Source of the DNA: Chiloscyllium plagiosum
Lineage: Eukaryota
Direction: 5' to 3'
DNA: 64,000 bases
Assembly (NCBI RefSeq): GCF_004010195.1
Contig: NC_057755.1
Span: 10,139,989-10,203,988 of the forward strand
Under the pieces are notes generated by a model, which made no database searches, was not told the DNA's origin, and was given only the letters and a program-made list of their open reading frames with translations. Position 1 is the stretch's first letter. Every line of letters begins with the position of its first letter. Of the stretch, positions 13,253 through 24,295 are shown piece by piece. A program made the translations under genes and the position numbers.

Positions 13253-13454
13253 AGATGGAAATGTGTTGCTGGAAAAGCGCAGCAGGTCAGGCATCATCTA
13301 GGGAACAGGAGAATCGACGTTTCGGGCATTAGCCCTTCTTCAGGAATCCCGAAACGTCGATTCTCCTGTTCCCTAGATGCTGCCTGACCTGCTGCGCTTT
13401 TCCAGCAACACATTTCCATCTCTGATCTCCAGCATCTGCAGACCTCACTTTCTC
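13253..13454. mobile_element. Fold-back Penelope-derived mini-element with 14-bp TSD
   Basis: TSD cccacagcttgtag at 13239-13252 and 13455-13468; inverted arms ~13251-13326 and 13348-13423; empty site in the paralogous region near 40350. Confidence 0.9.
13311..13348 (-). ncRNA. Minimal hammerhead ribozyme motif
   Basis: gauuc-CUGAAGA-a-gggc-uaau-gccc-GAAA-c-GUC-gauuc with a perfect stem II. Confidence 0.75.
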
Positions 13455-13559
13455 CCCACAGCTTGTAGGGTGATTGAACAGAATGAAGCAAACAGATTTA
13501 TGTCTGCATGGGAGCTGGACAAATAGCAAGAGCAACATTAGATTTGAAACTTGACAGGT

Positions 13560-13950
13560 CCATTTAGCTGTCTAATAATTACGGGGATGAAGCCGGTTTT
13601 GAACATCCTGCTATAAATGTTTAAGAATCTGCATCTTCTTCCTGACAGAAGTGTCTGCAAGAGATTATAACGAGGATGGGAGGGGTCTTTCCAGTTGCTG
13701 ACTGCTTTTCCGCAGAATTGACAAGTGCAGAGTCAATGGGTGGGTAGTCAGCTTGTGTGATAGTCTAGACTGCATTCACGCCTCTCTGTATTTTCTTATG
13801 GATCTGTGGAGAACAGCTGCTGTACCAAACGTTGATGCATGCAGTTAGAATGTTTCCTATGGTGCATGTGTAATCGTTACTGAGGGTCATTGTGGACATG
13901 CTGAATTTCTTTCGCATCCTGAGGAAGAAAAGGTATTGCTTTCCCTTCAC
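13560..13950 (-). mobile_element. Old Rex1/Babar-like LINE 3' fragment (paralogue ~39900-40300)
   Basis: CTIGNILTACINVWYSSCS..KIQRGVNA. Confidence 0.6.
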
Positions 13951-14377
13951 TAGAGACTGGAAAAAGAGAGAACTGACCCAGAATAAAAAGTTTCACACTG
14001 AGATAAAGAGGAATTTATTCTCTTAGTGGGCTCTATATCTTTGATAATCACTGCTAAAGAGAGCTATGGCAAGACAATCGCTGTCTCTATTTAAGGCTGA
14101 GACAGATAGTTTCTTCAGCAGTCGGGCAATGAAGGGCTGTGGGGAAATGACACGATAGCGGATGGGAGGGGTGTTGAATCAGCCAAGATCATTTTGAATG
14201 TTGGTGCAGGATCAAAGAGTCAAGCAGCAGAATCCTGTTGCAATTTTCTATGCTATTTTGGTCTCATACATAGGTTTCGAGCCCAACTGCAATGTGGTTG
14301 AGTCCTAACATTCCTCGGGGCACATCGGGAAGGACAGTTGTCATACTGATTCAGTGGTTGAGGATAGTACGATGGCT

Positions 14378-14725
14378 CAGCAGTGAAGGTAAGCATGGCG
14401 GTTCAGGGATTGGTACTGCTGCCTCACAGGACCACGTGTCCTGATACGATTCCACATTCTTTGGCTATCTGTGTGAGTTCACATGTTCTCCGTGATTCTG
14501 CATGAGTTTCCTCCTGGTGCTCTGGTTTCCTTCCACAAATGAAAACTATGCAGCTTAGGTGAATTAGCCATGCTGTATTTCCCGTAGTGCTCAGGTATGT
14601 GAAGGTCACGTGCATTAGACATAGGAAACATGGGTATGGTATTTGCTCTGATGCTATTTAAAGGTTCAGTGTGGACTTGAATTTTGGAATGGCCTTTTCT
14701 TACCCTATACGAATTCTATGATTTT
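14378..14725 (+). mobile_element. Old V-SINE (paralogue ~39100-39470 minus)
   Basis: Degenerate V-domain tgtgtgagttcacatgttctcc...ggtttccttccaca. Confidence 0.75.
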
Positions 14726-15031
14726 ACAATAAATATTGGCCAAGCCAGTAACTCCTATACCCTAGAGAATTAAAAATTCGAATCGTGATCCTTGTTTAAA
14801 TCTGTTTATCTTTCCTCATAGTAAACCTCCTGTTAATTGGCATCTTGTCTCGGGGAAGGTACAGTCTCTCTAAATGTATCACTTGCTATCTGTTGGCCAT
14901 GGCTGCAGCAGATCTCATGGTGATTATGTGCAACGTAATCTTGTCTCTTTGTGGCAGCACTTTATTGGTGGGACTCCTTCCTGCTCTAACCTCCAATGTG
15001 CATATTTGTTCTCGATCTATCTCCCACGAGT

Positions 15032-15229
15032 TGATAATGTGTTGCTGGAAACGCGCAGCAGGTCAGACAGCATCCAAGGAGCAGGAGAATCGACGTTTCG
15101 GACATGAGCCCTTCTTCAGGCTCCTGAAACGTCAATTCTCCTGCTCCTTGGATGCTGCCTGACCTGATCCGCTTTTCCAGCAACACATTATCAGCTCTGA
15201 TCTGCAGCATCTGCAGTCCTCACTTTCTA
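15032..15229. mobile_element. Fold-back Penelope-derived mini-element with 14-bp TSD, inside the GPCR pseudogene
   Basis: TSD tatctcccacgagt at 15018-15031 and 15230-15243; inverted arms tgataatgtgttg.../...caacacattatca. Confidence 0.9.
15087..15123 (-). ncRNA. Minimal hammerhead ribozyme motif
   Basis: CUGAAGA-a-gggc-ucau-gucc-GAAA-c-GUC-gauuc. Confidence 0.7.
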
Positions 15230-16204
15230 TATCTCCCACGAGTATCGATTACTTTGTTTGGTTCACTGTGGCTTTTACCTTTGATCATTTTTGAGCAATT
15301 TGTTGTCGGAATCTGAACACAACGTATTGCACCAGGAAGACAGCCAGTGTTATCATGGTGAGCTTGACCGTGCTGTTCTGCTTCAAGAACATCCCACGGC
15401 CCTTTGTATATCGATCATGTTCTGTACTTCACAACAGACAATGGGGGTCCATTGTGTCAAATAATTATATTGCTAGTACATGGAAAGCATTTTCTTGGTT
15501 TGATCTACTGATTTCTCCAATATTTCCATTTCTCCTGATTTTATTGCTGCATGTTCTCACTCCCATGTGTATTTTACTGACTAGCCAGGCTCGGAGGAGA
15601 CTTTGTGGTCAGAACGACAGTAAGAACGACAAAGGTCCTGAGCTCCTGAACCGCAGTAATTCGATAGTTTTAATGTTTTCAATTGCAGTTTCATTGTACT
15701 TTGGATGACCTCAGTCGCCTATTTCATGTTTTATAGATTTTCTGGTGCATTTAAGTGCAAATGGATATTTAACCCCTTTACAATATTTCAGGAATTTGGA
15801 GTCATGCTTCAGTTGCTGAGTTCCTGCACCAACACAGTCATTTTTACAACAACCCAGAGAATGTTCAGGCATCAGTTGCTTGATAGGCTGAAGTCTCCGT
15901 TTAGTCTGATTGGAAATTGCTTTGTAGGAATAAGTGACAGAACTGAAGGGTGTAATGCCTCGCTCAGTGCCAAATTCGGGGGAGCGGGTGACACATTGGC
16001 ATTACCCTTAATTCGAACAAGGAGGCCCAGTTTCATGGCAAAGCAACCTTCGAGTTTTGTGATAGCATCATTGACCTGGATGATCTGAATTTCTCTCCAA
16101 ACTCTACTTAGTACAGTTCTACTTAGTTCGAATTTGTATATCTCCTTCCAATCCATTTGTCTTTAAAAGTTAGAGTGTGACGTTATGGGTACTAAACAGG
16201 TATG

Positions 16205-16715
16205 GACGAAGTCACAAATAACACAACACATGCATTTTGTAAATTCTTACTTTGGAAGTGAAACCAATCTAACTTCAGGATGAATTTCAAACAGACTTAA
16301 TACAAGGCCTCAAACCTTAAATGCATTGTCTAACTTAAGATGTCACCGTTATTTTGATAAAACCTTAAGTTATCTTGGGGCAGATATGTACATACTAATC
16401 AATCAAAATCTGCACCTCAATTCTAACTGATTAAAGACTTAAGTGTTCTCTAGCTTTTTTTTCCAATATATTGTTTCAGTTGCAACATTGATATCTTTTG
16501 CTAGACATCCGGTGTCTTGCAAACCTGCTCCACAGCTACCTGATGAAGCAGCAGCACTCCAAAAGCTAGGATTTCCGAATGAACTCGTTCGCCTATAACC
16601 TGGTATTGTGTGTTTTGTTTTGCTTTGTAGCTCCCTATGACGGAGCAGGGACTTTGAAAGCTTGCCATTCCAAATCAGTCTGGTGGACTATAATCTGGTG
16701 ACATGGGACTTCTCA
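16205..16715 (+). mobile_element. Old Penelope-like 3' fragment(s) with decayed hammerhead motif (paralogue ~37340-37775 minus)
   Basis: ctgatgaagcagcagcactccaaaagctag at 16540; end ctataacctggtattgtgtg. Confidence 0.7.
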
Positions 16716-17464
16716 TAAAAACTTAAACTTTTTTCTTACAATCGTCACCAAAATATACAGATATACATGTTCATCATGTTCTGAAAGAATGTTGTGTCAC
16801 AAGTCTTTTCATTTTCCTCTCTAAATTATAAGTATAAAAGTAATTGTGCTGATGAAACACGATGAATTTGCTACAGATATACCCATTTCACAACATTGGA
16901 CTGATAAAAAATATCTGTAACTTCTCTAGGAATGGGATGAGTTTTTTTGGATCGAACAAATGTTACGTTTTTTTTGCATTTTGACTGAGCCACCGAACAA
17001 CTCAAATACTCAAATAAGGAAGGTCATATTATGTATAATGTCCAAACTGAAATGTTTATGTAGTATCATTAAGTTACTTTCTGGGAACTGTACATTTTTT
17101 GGCAATGTGAATTAAAACTGGAGAAAAAAATAAGTATGTGTGTTTTTGTCTCTGTACGTGAGAGAGAGAATGTGGCTAGTATTTGTTTCTCAATTCCAGT
17201 TCTGATCCTTTAACCAATCATCATGTAGCCTGGCGTATGTGGCTGAAGTGGTGGAATGAAGGAGTATAAGAGATCATCACGAAAGCTCGGTCCATGTGAA
17301 TTGGTGAAGATAAAGTCTTAATTACTCATCTCTCCACATTGTTTCCTTCCTAGCTCTGTCTCTAAGCTTCCACTGTTTGAGTGGGTCTTATTTGTCTTCC
17401 AGACTGCAGAGCAGTAATATTAGGTCCTCGAAACGACAGAACACTGATTGATATACTGTTAAAT

Positions 17465-17890
17465 TTGGAGATGGTGACGACTACAGATGCTGGACAGGAC
17501 AGAGTCGCTAAAGTATGACAGTGGAGGAAGCACAGCAGGCCAGGTAACATGGGCATAGCAAGTGAATCGACATTACAGGCATAATCAGTCGTCAGGGTTG
17601 GGGAGGTAAAAGTGGGCTAAGAAATAAATACAGGGAGCGAGTGCAGCTTTGGGAAAGGTAATTAGCATGGCGATAGGTGGGAGAAGTAAGGTGGTGATTT
17701 TGATTGGTCTGTGGGAAGTATGGAGTGAAGGGATGGGAAGAAAGATGTACAACATTATCAGGTCAAGAGGGTGGTGACGAGTCGCAGGATTTGGATCTGG
17801 AATGAAATGCGGCGGGGAGATTTGAAAACGGATTAATTAAATGTCGAGGTTGAGTGGTTGTGGGCTCCCGAGGTGGAAGCTAAGTTTTGG
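17465..17890 (-). mobile_element. Degenerate Penelope-like 3' fragment
   Basis: Resembles 10391-10800 (cagatgctgga..gaagcacagcagg, G-rich tract). Confidence 0.7.
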
Positions 17891-18427
17891 TGGAATTGGG
17901 GGTTTGGGGGTAGTGTGGCTGTCTTTCACAAAGCTGGATATAGCTATGCATATCTGCAGTTGTGACTAGCTGAGGCGCGTCAGCCATATAACACAACAAA
18001 TACGGGTTTGTACCAATATACAAGACTGGCTTTTGGGGTATCACCAGCCTGCAACCTATTCCAGTAGACGATAGAGTACATTTTCCAAAGTCTACCCCAT
18101 TTGTCTTTCGGCGAGAGTTTATTTAGAAACCTGATCTTCACTTCAGCACTTCTCACTGGACATTCCAAATCATTTTACATAAAGGATCTCTTCTCTTCTC
18201 ACAATGATTACTATGTATTACTACTTCATCTGGCGATATTCCATCTAAATTACATACATCACCATCTCTCACACGGTCCTATATCTCTTAAAGTTTTAAT
18301 GTGGTTACGTGCTCCTTCTGGCATACATGAGTAAACTTTATGCATGCAAGTAAATTCATTGAAGAGATCTGGTGCATTCCAATAAATCAACACCTGACAA
18401 GTTTTACGTTCTTTTAAAAATTCATAG

Positions 18428-19175
18428 TGTTACGACATGGTGGAGAACCCACCTGTTAATTCAACCAAACATCCAGAAAAGCTCACGTCATCTTGTAATC
18501 TGTTAAAATGTGAGTGACAGATAACTCCCTAATTCTACTATTAAAGGAAAATGTAGCAGTTTATTGTTTCACGCTGAAATTGATAATTAAGCAACAAGTA
18601 TTCAAAACTCTAAGCCTCCCTTTCTCTTAACTGCTTATCAGTTGGGTCTAAATCTAAAACAATCAGTTGTTATAATAAGACAGGCATTAAAATTACATCA
18701 ACTTAATTTAATGCCACACAACAGCTGACGTCTTCGGTGTCTGTCTCCTTTCATCTGTGAACTCCCTGGGTTTTTTTTTTCTGTGAATATGCTTCATTTG
18801 AAAAAGTACCTTTGATCGTGAGTCTACCTGAACTGACGGTAGGCGTTCTGCACAATTTTCAAAATGCTAGATTTTATTTTAGTATCCTTAACCTGTGATC
18901 ACTCACTGGTTTGATGTTGGCAAAGCAATATATTTAAACTCTATTGGGTTTTAGTATCATGGGACATAATTTACACTGATTGGTTAAATTCGAATTATTG
19001 TCAAAACAGAACACAACTCAGGTAGCCTTTTCACAGTCAAGTGTTAGATATTTTCAAATTTCCAGTACGCTGTCGGACTGCTATCTATTCATATCACAGG
19101 TACTTGTAAGATCTCGGTTCCGAACAGCATTCATTCTGTCGTAAAGTTGCAGTCTATACATTCAACTTCATAACA
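18428..19175 (-). mobile_element. Solo LTR
   Basis: Termini tgttacga...tcataaca, near-TSD atag/atat, homologous along its length to the LTR at 49402-50759. Confidence 0.8.
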
Positions 19176-20430
19176 ATATCTTCCAGTGTGCTTTCCTTTA
19201 CCATTTCGACAAAACTCAGAGTTATCCTACTTTTTCCATATCCATCTTCCCAGTGCTTATTTTTCAAAACCACCAACACTGCGACTTCATGTTGCCGACT
19301 GTATGACAGTGAAACCATCTGAGCATTTTCACTTCTCTTCCTCCTCATGGATTTACTTTTATCATGTGCTAAACTATCTTCACTGTCTTTATTGAGATCT
19401 CATTTTCTCTTACCATCTGACGATTTCTCCTTTAACCAATATCTATCACTTATGAATTGAAATTGCGGTTGTAAGAAAAGTTTTGATTTATGAACAAGCT
19501 CATACACATCTAACATTTACGCAGCTAATCTTGGAGCCTTAATTTTCTGATCTTCCATATAAGTGTTCACTACTGTAGGAAGTGAAGTATTGTACTCCTC
19601 CAAAATACTCATCTCTCTCAGAGCGTCATATGTTTGATCAATTTAAATGTCTGTGTTCACCAATCAAATTAACTTTGTTTGATTCATTCAGAATCTATGT
19701 TTGTTTGATCAAGTTCCCTCTTAGATTTCTAAAATGGTCGTTTCTGGTAGTAGCTCATGTGCATTTAACACGGTTTTCTTTGCCTCCTCATACTCCCCAG
19801 ATACGTCCTTTGATCGTCATGCAAATACAAGAGCGCAGTCCCTGGCCATTCATTTTGTTTATTCAGTTTCTGAGCTGTAATGAAAAAGGGTTAAACATCA
19901 TACTCAATGAATTTAATCAACTCTTGGGCGTATTTAAATAGATCTCCACTAGGCTTTTGGCTAAAATGGGTTTGCCCTCCGTCACTAAGCATACATTTGA
20001 ACTCCACCTACGCCATTTTAACGTCAAAACGAGTGGCGCTGGAAAAATACTGGAAGTCAAGCGGCATCTGAGGAGCAGGCGTGTCGACATTTTCGCAGAA
20101 GCTCTTCATCAGTCATGTGGAGACGGAAGTGGGATGAAAGAGAAAGAGTGGGGCGGGTTGGGGCTGCGGGTAAGGTAGCTGGACTGGTGTAAGTTGAAGC
20201 AGGTCTGCCATATTAAGTTGTCGTTGACTTTTCAGTTCCAGCCTTTGAAGCTCAAATTCCAAGTTTTTTCCTCTTACTTCTCTATTTCTCCTTTATTCAG
20301 CCAGGGTCTTCCTTTCATTTTCTTTTTCCTCTGCTGTAAATAATATTTGAAAATGTTTCATTTTCTTTAGTATTTCTGATCGCACTGCCAGGTCTATTCC
20401 TTCTTTTTCTTTTACACTTGCCATTGCCTC

Positions 20431-22317
20431 TTTATGATTTTTTGAAAAGATTTATTTTAAAGACAGCTTTACCGAGCTGTCTAGTTGAGTACATTAAAAC
20501 AAAGAGATTGTCAGACCATGGGTGTTTTTGAAATTTGGAACAATAGAAGCAGGCTGAATAGATGTACCCGCTCCCTCAAAGCCAGGAATTTTTGTATTAC
20601 ATTTTCAGCAACAGTTGCTGGTAGGGTCTTGAAGCTGGTTTTGGAAACTATAATATATGTCGCCCTGTTAGTCTGTCTCTCAAAGTTTTCTGTAGACTTT
20701 CACTCTTCTGTACCAGATTTTTCTATTTAACTGAATTTTCTTTTGCCAAATCTGTGTTTATGGGACGATACAGTACTGGAACAGTTATCAGTTGAAGAAT
20801 CTGTTCTTTTGTCAAGGTTTACAATGTAGTAAAGTTATTACAATTCTTTCCCTTTTTTTTGTATACTAACTGTAGTGTATGATTTATCTGGTATATATAT
20901 TAAAACAAGAAAAACATTAAGGTTTCGGCTATCTTCCTTGTCTATTTTGAGGGGGTTTTGTCTGCTACATAATAATCTGGGGTCTCTTGTTAGGATCAAA
21001 TTCCCTAATTCGAGGTTGGGTTTAGAATTATTGACTTTAAAGCGGTGAGCGTTGAGTGTTGGTTTTTGTCATTTCAGGATTTAAATTCAGTTGGATTACA
21101 GATGTGCCATATTGGGCGGCACGGTGGCACAGTGGTTAGCACTGCTGTCTCAACAGCGCCAGAGACCTGGGTTCAATTCCCACCTCAGGCGACTGACTGT
21201 GTGGAGTTTGCACATTCTCCCCGTGTCCCACAGTCCAAAGATGTGCAGGTCAGGTGAATTGGCCATGCTAAATTGCCGGTAGTGTTAGGAGTATGGGTGG
21301 GTTGCGCTTCGGCGGGGCGGTGTGGACTTGTTGGGCCGAAGGGCCTGTTTTCGCACTGTAAGTAATCTAATCTAGATTCACATGCAATTCAACTTCAGCC
21401 ATTTCCGAATATTAAAATAGCATTCCTGGCAAATGCAAATGCTGCGTGATTGCCACAATTATCATTCCTGTCTTCACAGGCACAGGCAACTGTTTCAGTT
21501 CGTTTGTTAATCCCAAAAGATTTGCCTTGCCCGCTTTCTTTACAATGCCGAAAATCAATTCATCTACTCACACGAAACACTCAATTCTACTCAGTCAATT
21601 CAATTCATTTAGTGACTTAAGGAGCCACCAATACACATGGCACATCTGTAATCCAACTGAATTTAAATCCTGAAATGACAAAAACCAACACTCAATGCTC
21701 ACCGCTTTAAAGTCAATAATTCTAAACCCAACCTCGAATTAGGGAATTTGATCCTAACAAGAGACCCCAGATTATTATGTAGCAGACAAAACCTCCTCAA
21801 AATAGACAAGGAAGATAGTCGAAACCTTAATGTTTTTCTTGTTTTAATACATATACCAGATAAATCATACACTACAGTTAGTATACAAAAAAAGAGAAAG
21901 AATTGTAATAACTTTACTACATTGTAAACCTTGACAAAAGAACAGATTATTCAACTGATAACTGTTCCAGTACTGTACCGTCCCATAAACACAGATTTGG
22001 CAAAAGCAAATTCAGTTAAATTGATTAATCTGGTACAGAAGAGTGAAAGTCTACAGAAAATTTTGAGAGACAGACTAACAGGGCGACACATACTATAGTT
22101 TCCAAAACCAGCTTCAAGATCCTACCAGCAACTGTTGCTGAAAATGTAATACAAAAATTCCTGGCTTTGAGGGAGCTGGGGTCCATCTATTCAGCCTGCT
22201 TCTATTGTTCCAAATTTCAAAAGCACTCATGGTCTGACAATCTCTTTGTTTTAATGTACTCAACTAGACAGCTCGGTAAAGCTATGTTTAAAGTAAATCT
22301 TTTCAAAAAATCATAAA
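20431..22317. repeat. Long inverted repeat: arms 20431-21110 and 21637-22317
   Basis: Arms are reverse complements over ~680 bp with scattered substitutions. Confidence 0.95.
21114..21375 (+). mobile_element. HE1-like V-SINE with an internal deletion
   Basis: gggcggcacggtggcacagtggttagc head; aatctaatcta tail; lacks part of the V-domain present at 36583. Confidence 0.93.
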
Positions 22318-22409
22318 ATGCACTTTTGGAAACCATAATACAATCACAACATGGAAATCAAAAATTGCAACAATACTTCAGAGGAAGAAAATAAAATGCA
22401 GAATTTTGT

Positions 22410-23100
22410 TAAGGAACGTGAGGATGCAGAGAAATCTCAACTCTAATATGGAAGTCTGTAATCTGTTGTTATAGCCTTTCGAACATTTCTATCTTCTGAC
22501 TGAGGGGAGAGGTTGGAAGAGAGTATAACCGGGGTGGCAGGGGTCTTTAATGTTATGGCTGGTTTCATGAGGCAGCAGGAAATATGGACAGAATCAATGA
22601 ATGGAAGGCTGTTTTATTTGATGAACAGGGCTGCGTTCACAGCTGTTTGTAAATTCTTGTTGTATTGAGCAGAGCAGTTGGAAAAGTACACTATGCTGCA
22701 TCTGGAACAGATCATTTCTGTGGGGCATCTTTTAAAAAAAGTAGTACGAGTCAATGCGGAGATGTCAAATTTGCTGAGACTTCTGATGAATAAACGTTCT
22801 TGTGCGATTTTTTCACCGTAGCGTTGCTGTGGAAGGACCACAGTAGATTATAAGTGGTATTTATTCTATAGGAGCTTCAAGATTACGAGCATCCCCATAT
22901 CAGCATCACTGCTACAGGCAAATGTGTCTCCAACACTCAGCTTCCTGAAGTCAATGGCAAGTTTCTTTATTTCACTGACATTAAGGAAGAGATTGTTATC
23001 TTTACACCATGTCACTAAGTTCTCTATCTCGACATATATCCTGTCATGTCATTGTCTATAATACAAACAACTGCGGTGTTGTCATCAGCAAACATGTCAA
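22410..23100 (-). mobile_element. Old Rex1/Babar-like LINE fragment
   Basis: ERLFIRSLSKFDIS..CSIVYFSNCSAQYNKNLQTAVNAA. Confidence 0.6.
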
Positions 23101-23904
23101 TAGTGTTACAGCAGAGTGCCAGCAATTTGGGACTCGGAAGAGGTACAGTCGGTGGAGGCCTGTGGATTTGCAATTTTCCAACGTGTTGGAGGTTTACTTA
23201 GATTGTTTGGATGAGTAGGAGCTGTGCAGTGTGGATACGTAAAATTGCTGTGGCAGCATAGCACAAGAACCTTATGAGGAGTGGGAATGTAAAAGGAAGT
23301 TCAGGGCAGCATGTTGAACGGCTTTGATGTTGCTCGACTTGATCAATTTTAAACATTTAGTTCATTTTCGTTGGAATAATTGCAAAAGAAGTAAAGGTCA
23401 CGCATAACGTAGCAACTTACCTTTCATAAAAGTTGTTTGTATGGTTTGTTAAAAGATTTTGTTTTCTGCTGTAAAAATATTACAAAAAACACTTTTTGTT
23501 GAACGGAATAGTATGTTCTGGAATAGTGTGTGAAACAGGTATAGTCCCCAGCAGAGTGAGATCCGGCTGTCTCGCTGTGTATATCTGTGTGATTGTCCGT
23601 GTGCGAGTCTATATATTTCTAAAAGATTTACTGTCCCCAGCAGAGTGGTTCTATGCTGTCACAGTCTCGGTCAGTGAGCAATATTCACAGACTCTGGTGG
23701 TGATCGAGCTTTGAAATATCGGTTGTTGCTTGGAATGTTTGTTGAATAACCCCATGTTGAATGCTATCAAATATTTCTGATCAATTTTGTCAGAAATGAG
23801 TAATCATTTACGTATTCAGTTGTAAATACAGTGTGATCAGTTGTATAACATTCTTATCATCATTTGTTTAAATCTAAAGCTCATTAGAACGCTGACTTTG
23901 CTTG

Positions 23905-24290
23905 TTGACACAACATTGACCATAGAAACAGAACAGACGAGCACAGTATAAGCTTCTTGTCCCTTCGATGCTTTCTTTCCAGGCTTTTCTTCCGACTGTA
24001 TGATGAAACTAACCTGTATATCATTCACTTTACTATCATCCATGTGACTATCCAAGAACACGAAATGTACCCAGTGTATCAGAATCTACTACTTCCGCTG
24101 GCATTGCATTCCACTTACCCAGCACGCTCTGTGTAAAGAACCGAATTCTGATATATCCCCCAAACCTTCTCCCAATTACATTAATATCATGTCACCTTCT
24201 GACGGCCATTTCTGCCCTGCGCAAATATCTCTGACTATTAATTATGCCTATGCCTCTCTTCATTTGTACACCTCTCTCAAGACCCCTCTC
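23905..24290 (-). mobile_element. CR1 3' fragment
   Basis: FLDSHMDD C-terminus, FFTQSV-like motif, catagaaac tail. Confidence 0.75.
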
Positions 24291-24295
24291 AACTT

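Larger units (their letters stand above)
14822..15946 (+). pseudogene. GPR139/GPR142-like GPCR pseudogene (exon 2 only)
   Basis: Acceptor catag|ta at 14822; collinear with 38092-39011; frameshift near 14950, in-frame TAA, DRFV changed to DHF-stop, TM6 frameshift, 198-bp insertion. Confidence 0.93.
19200..22340 (-). mobile_element. Gypsy LTR + PBS-like site + degenerate gag, interrupted by the 20431-21375 insertion
   Basis: PBS-like tctggggtctcttgttaggat; gag-like KANLLGLTNELK..EMAEVELH continuing as EAMASVKEKE beyond the insertion. Confidence 0.65.
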
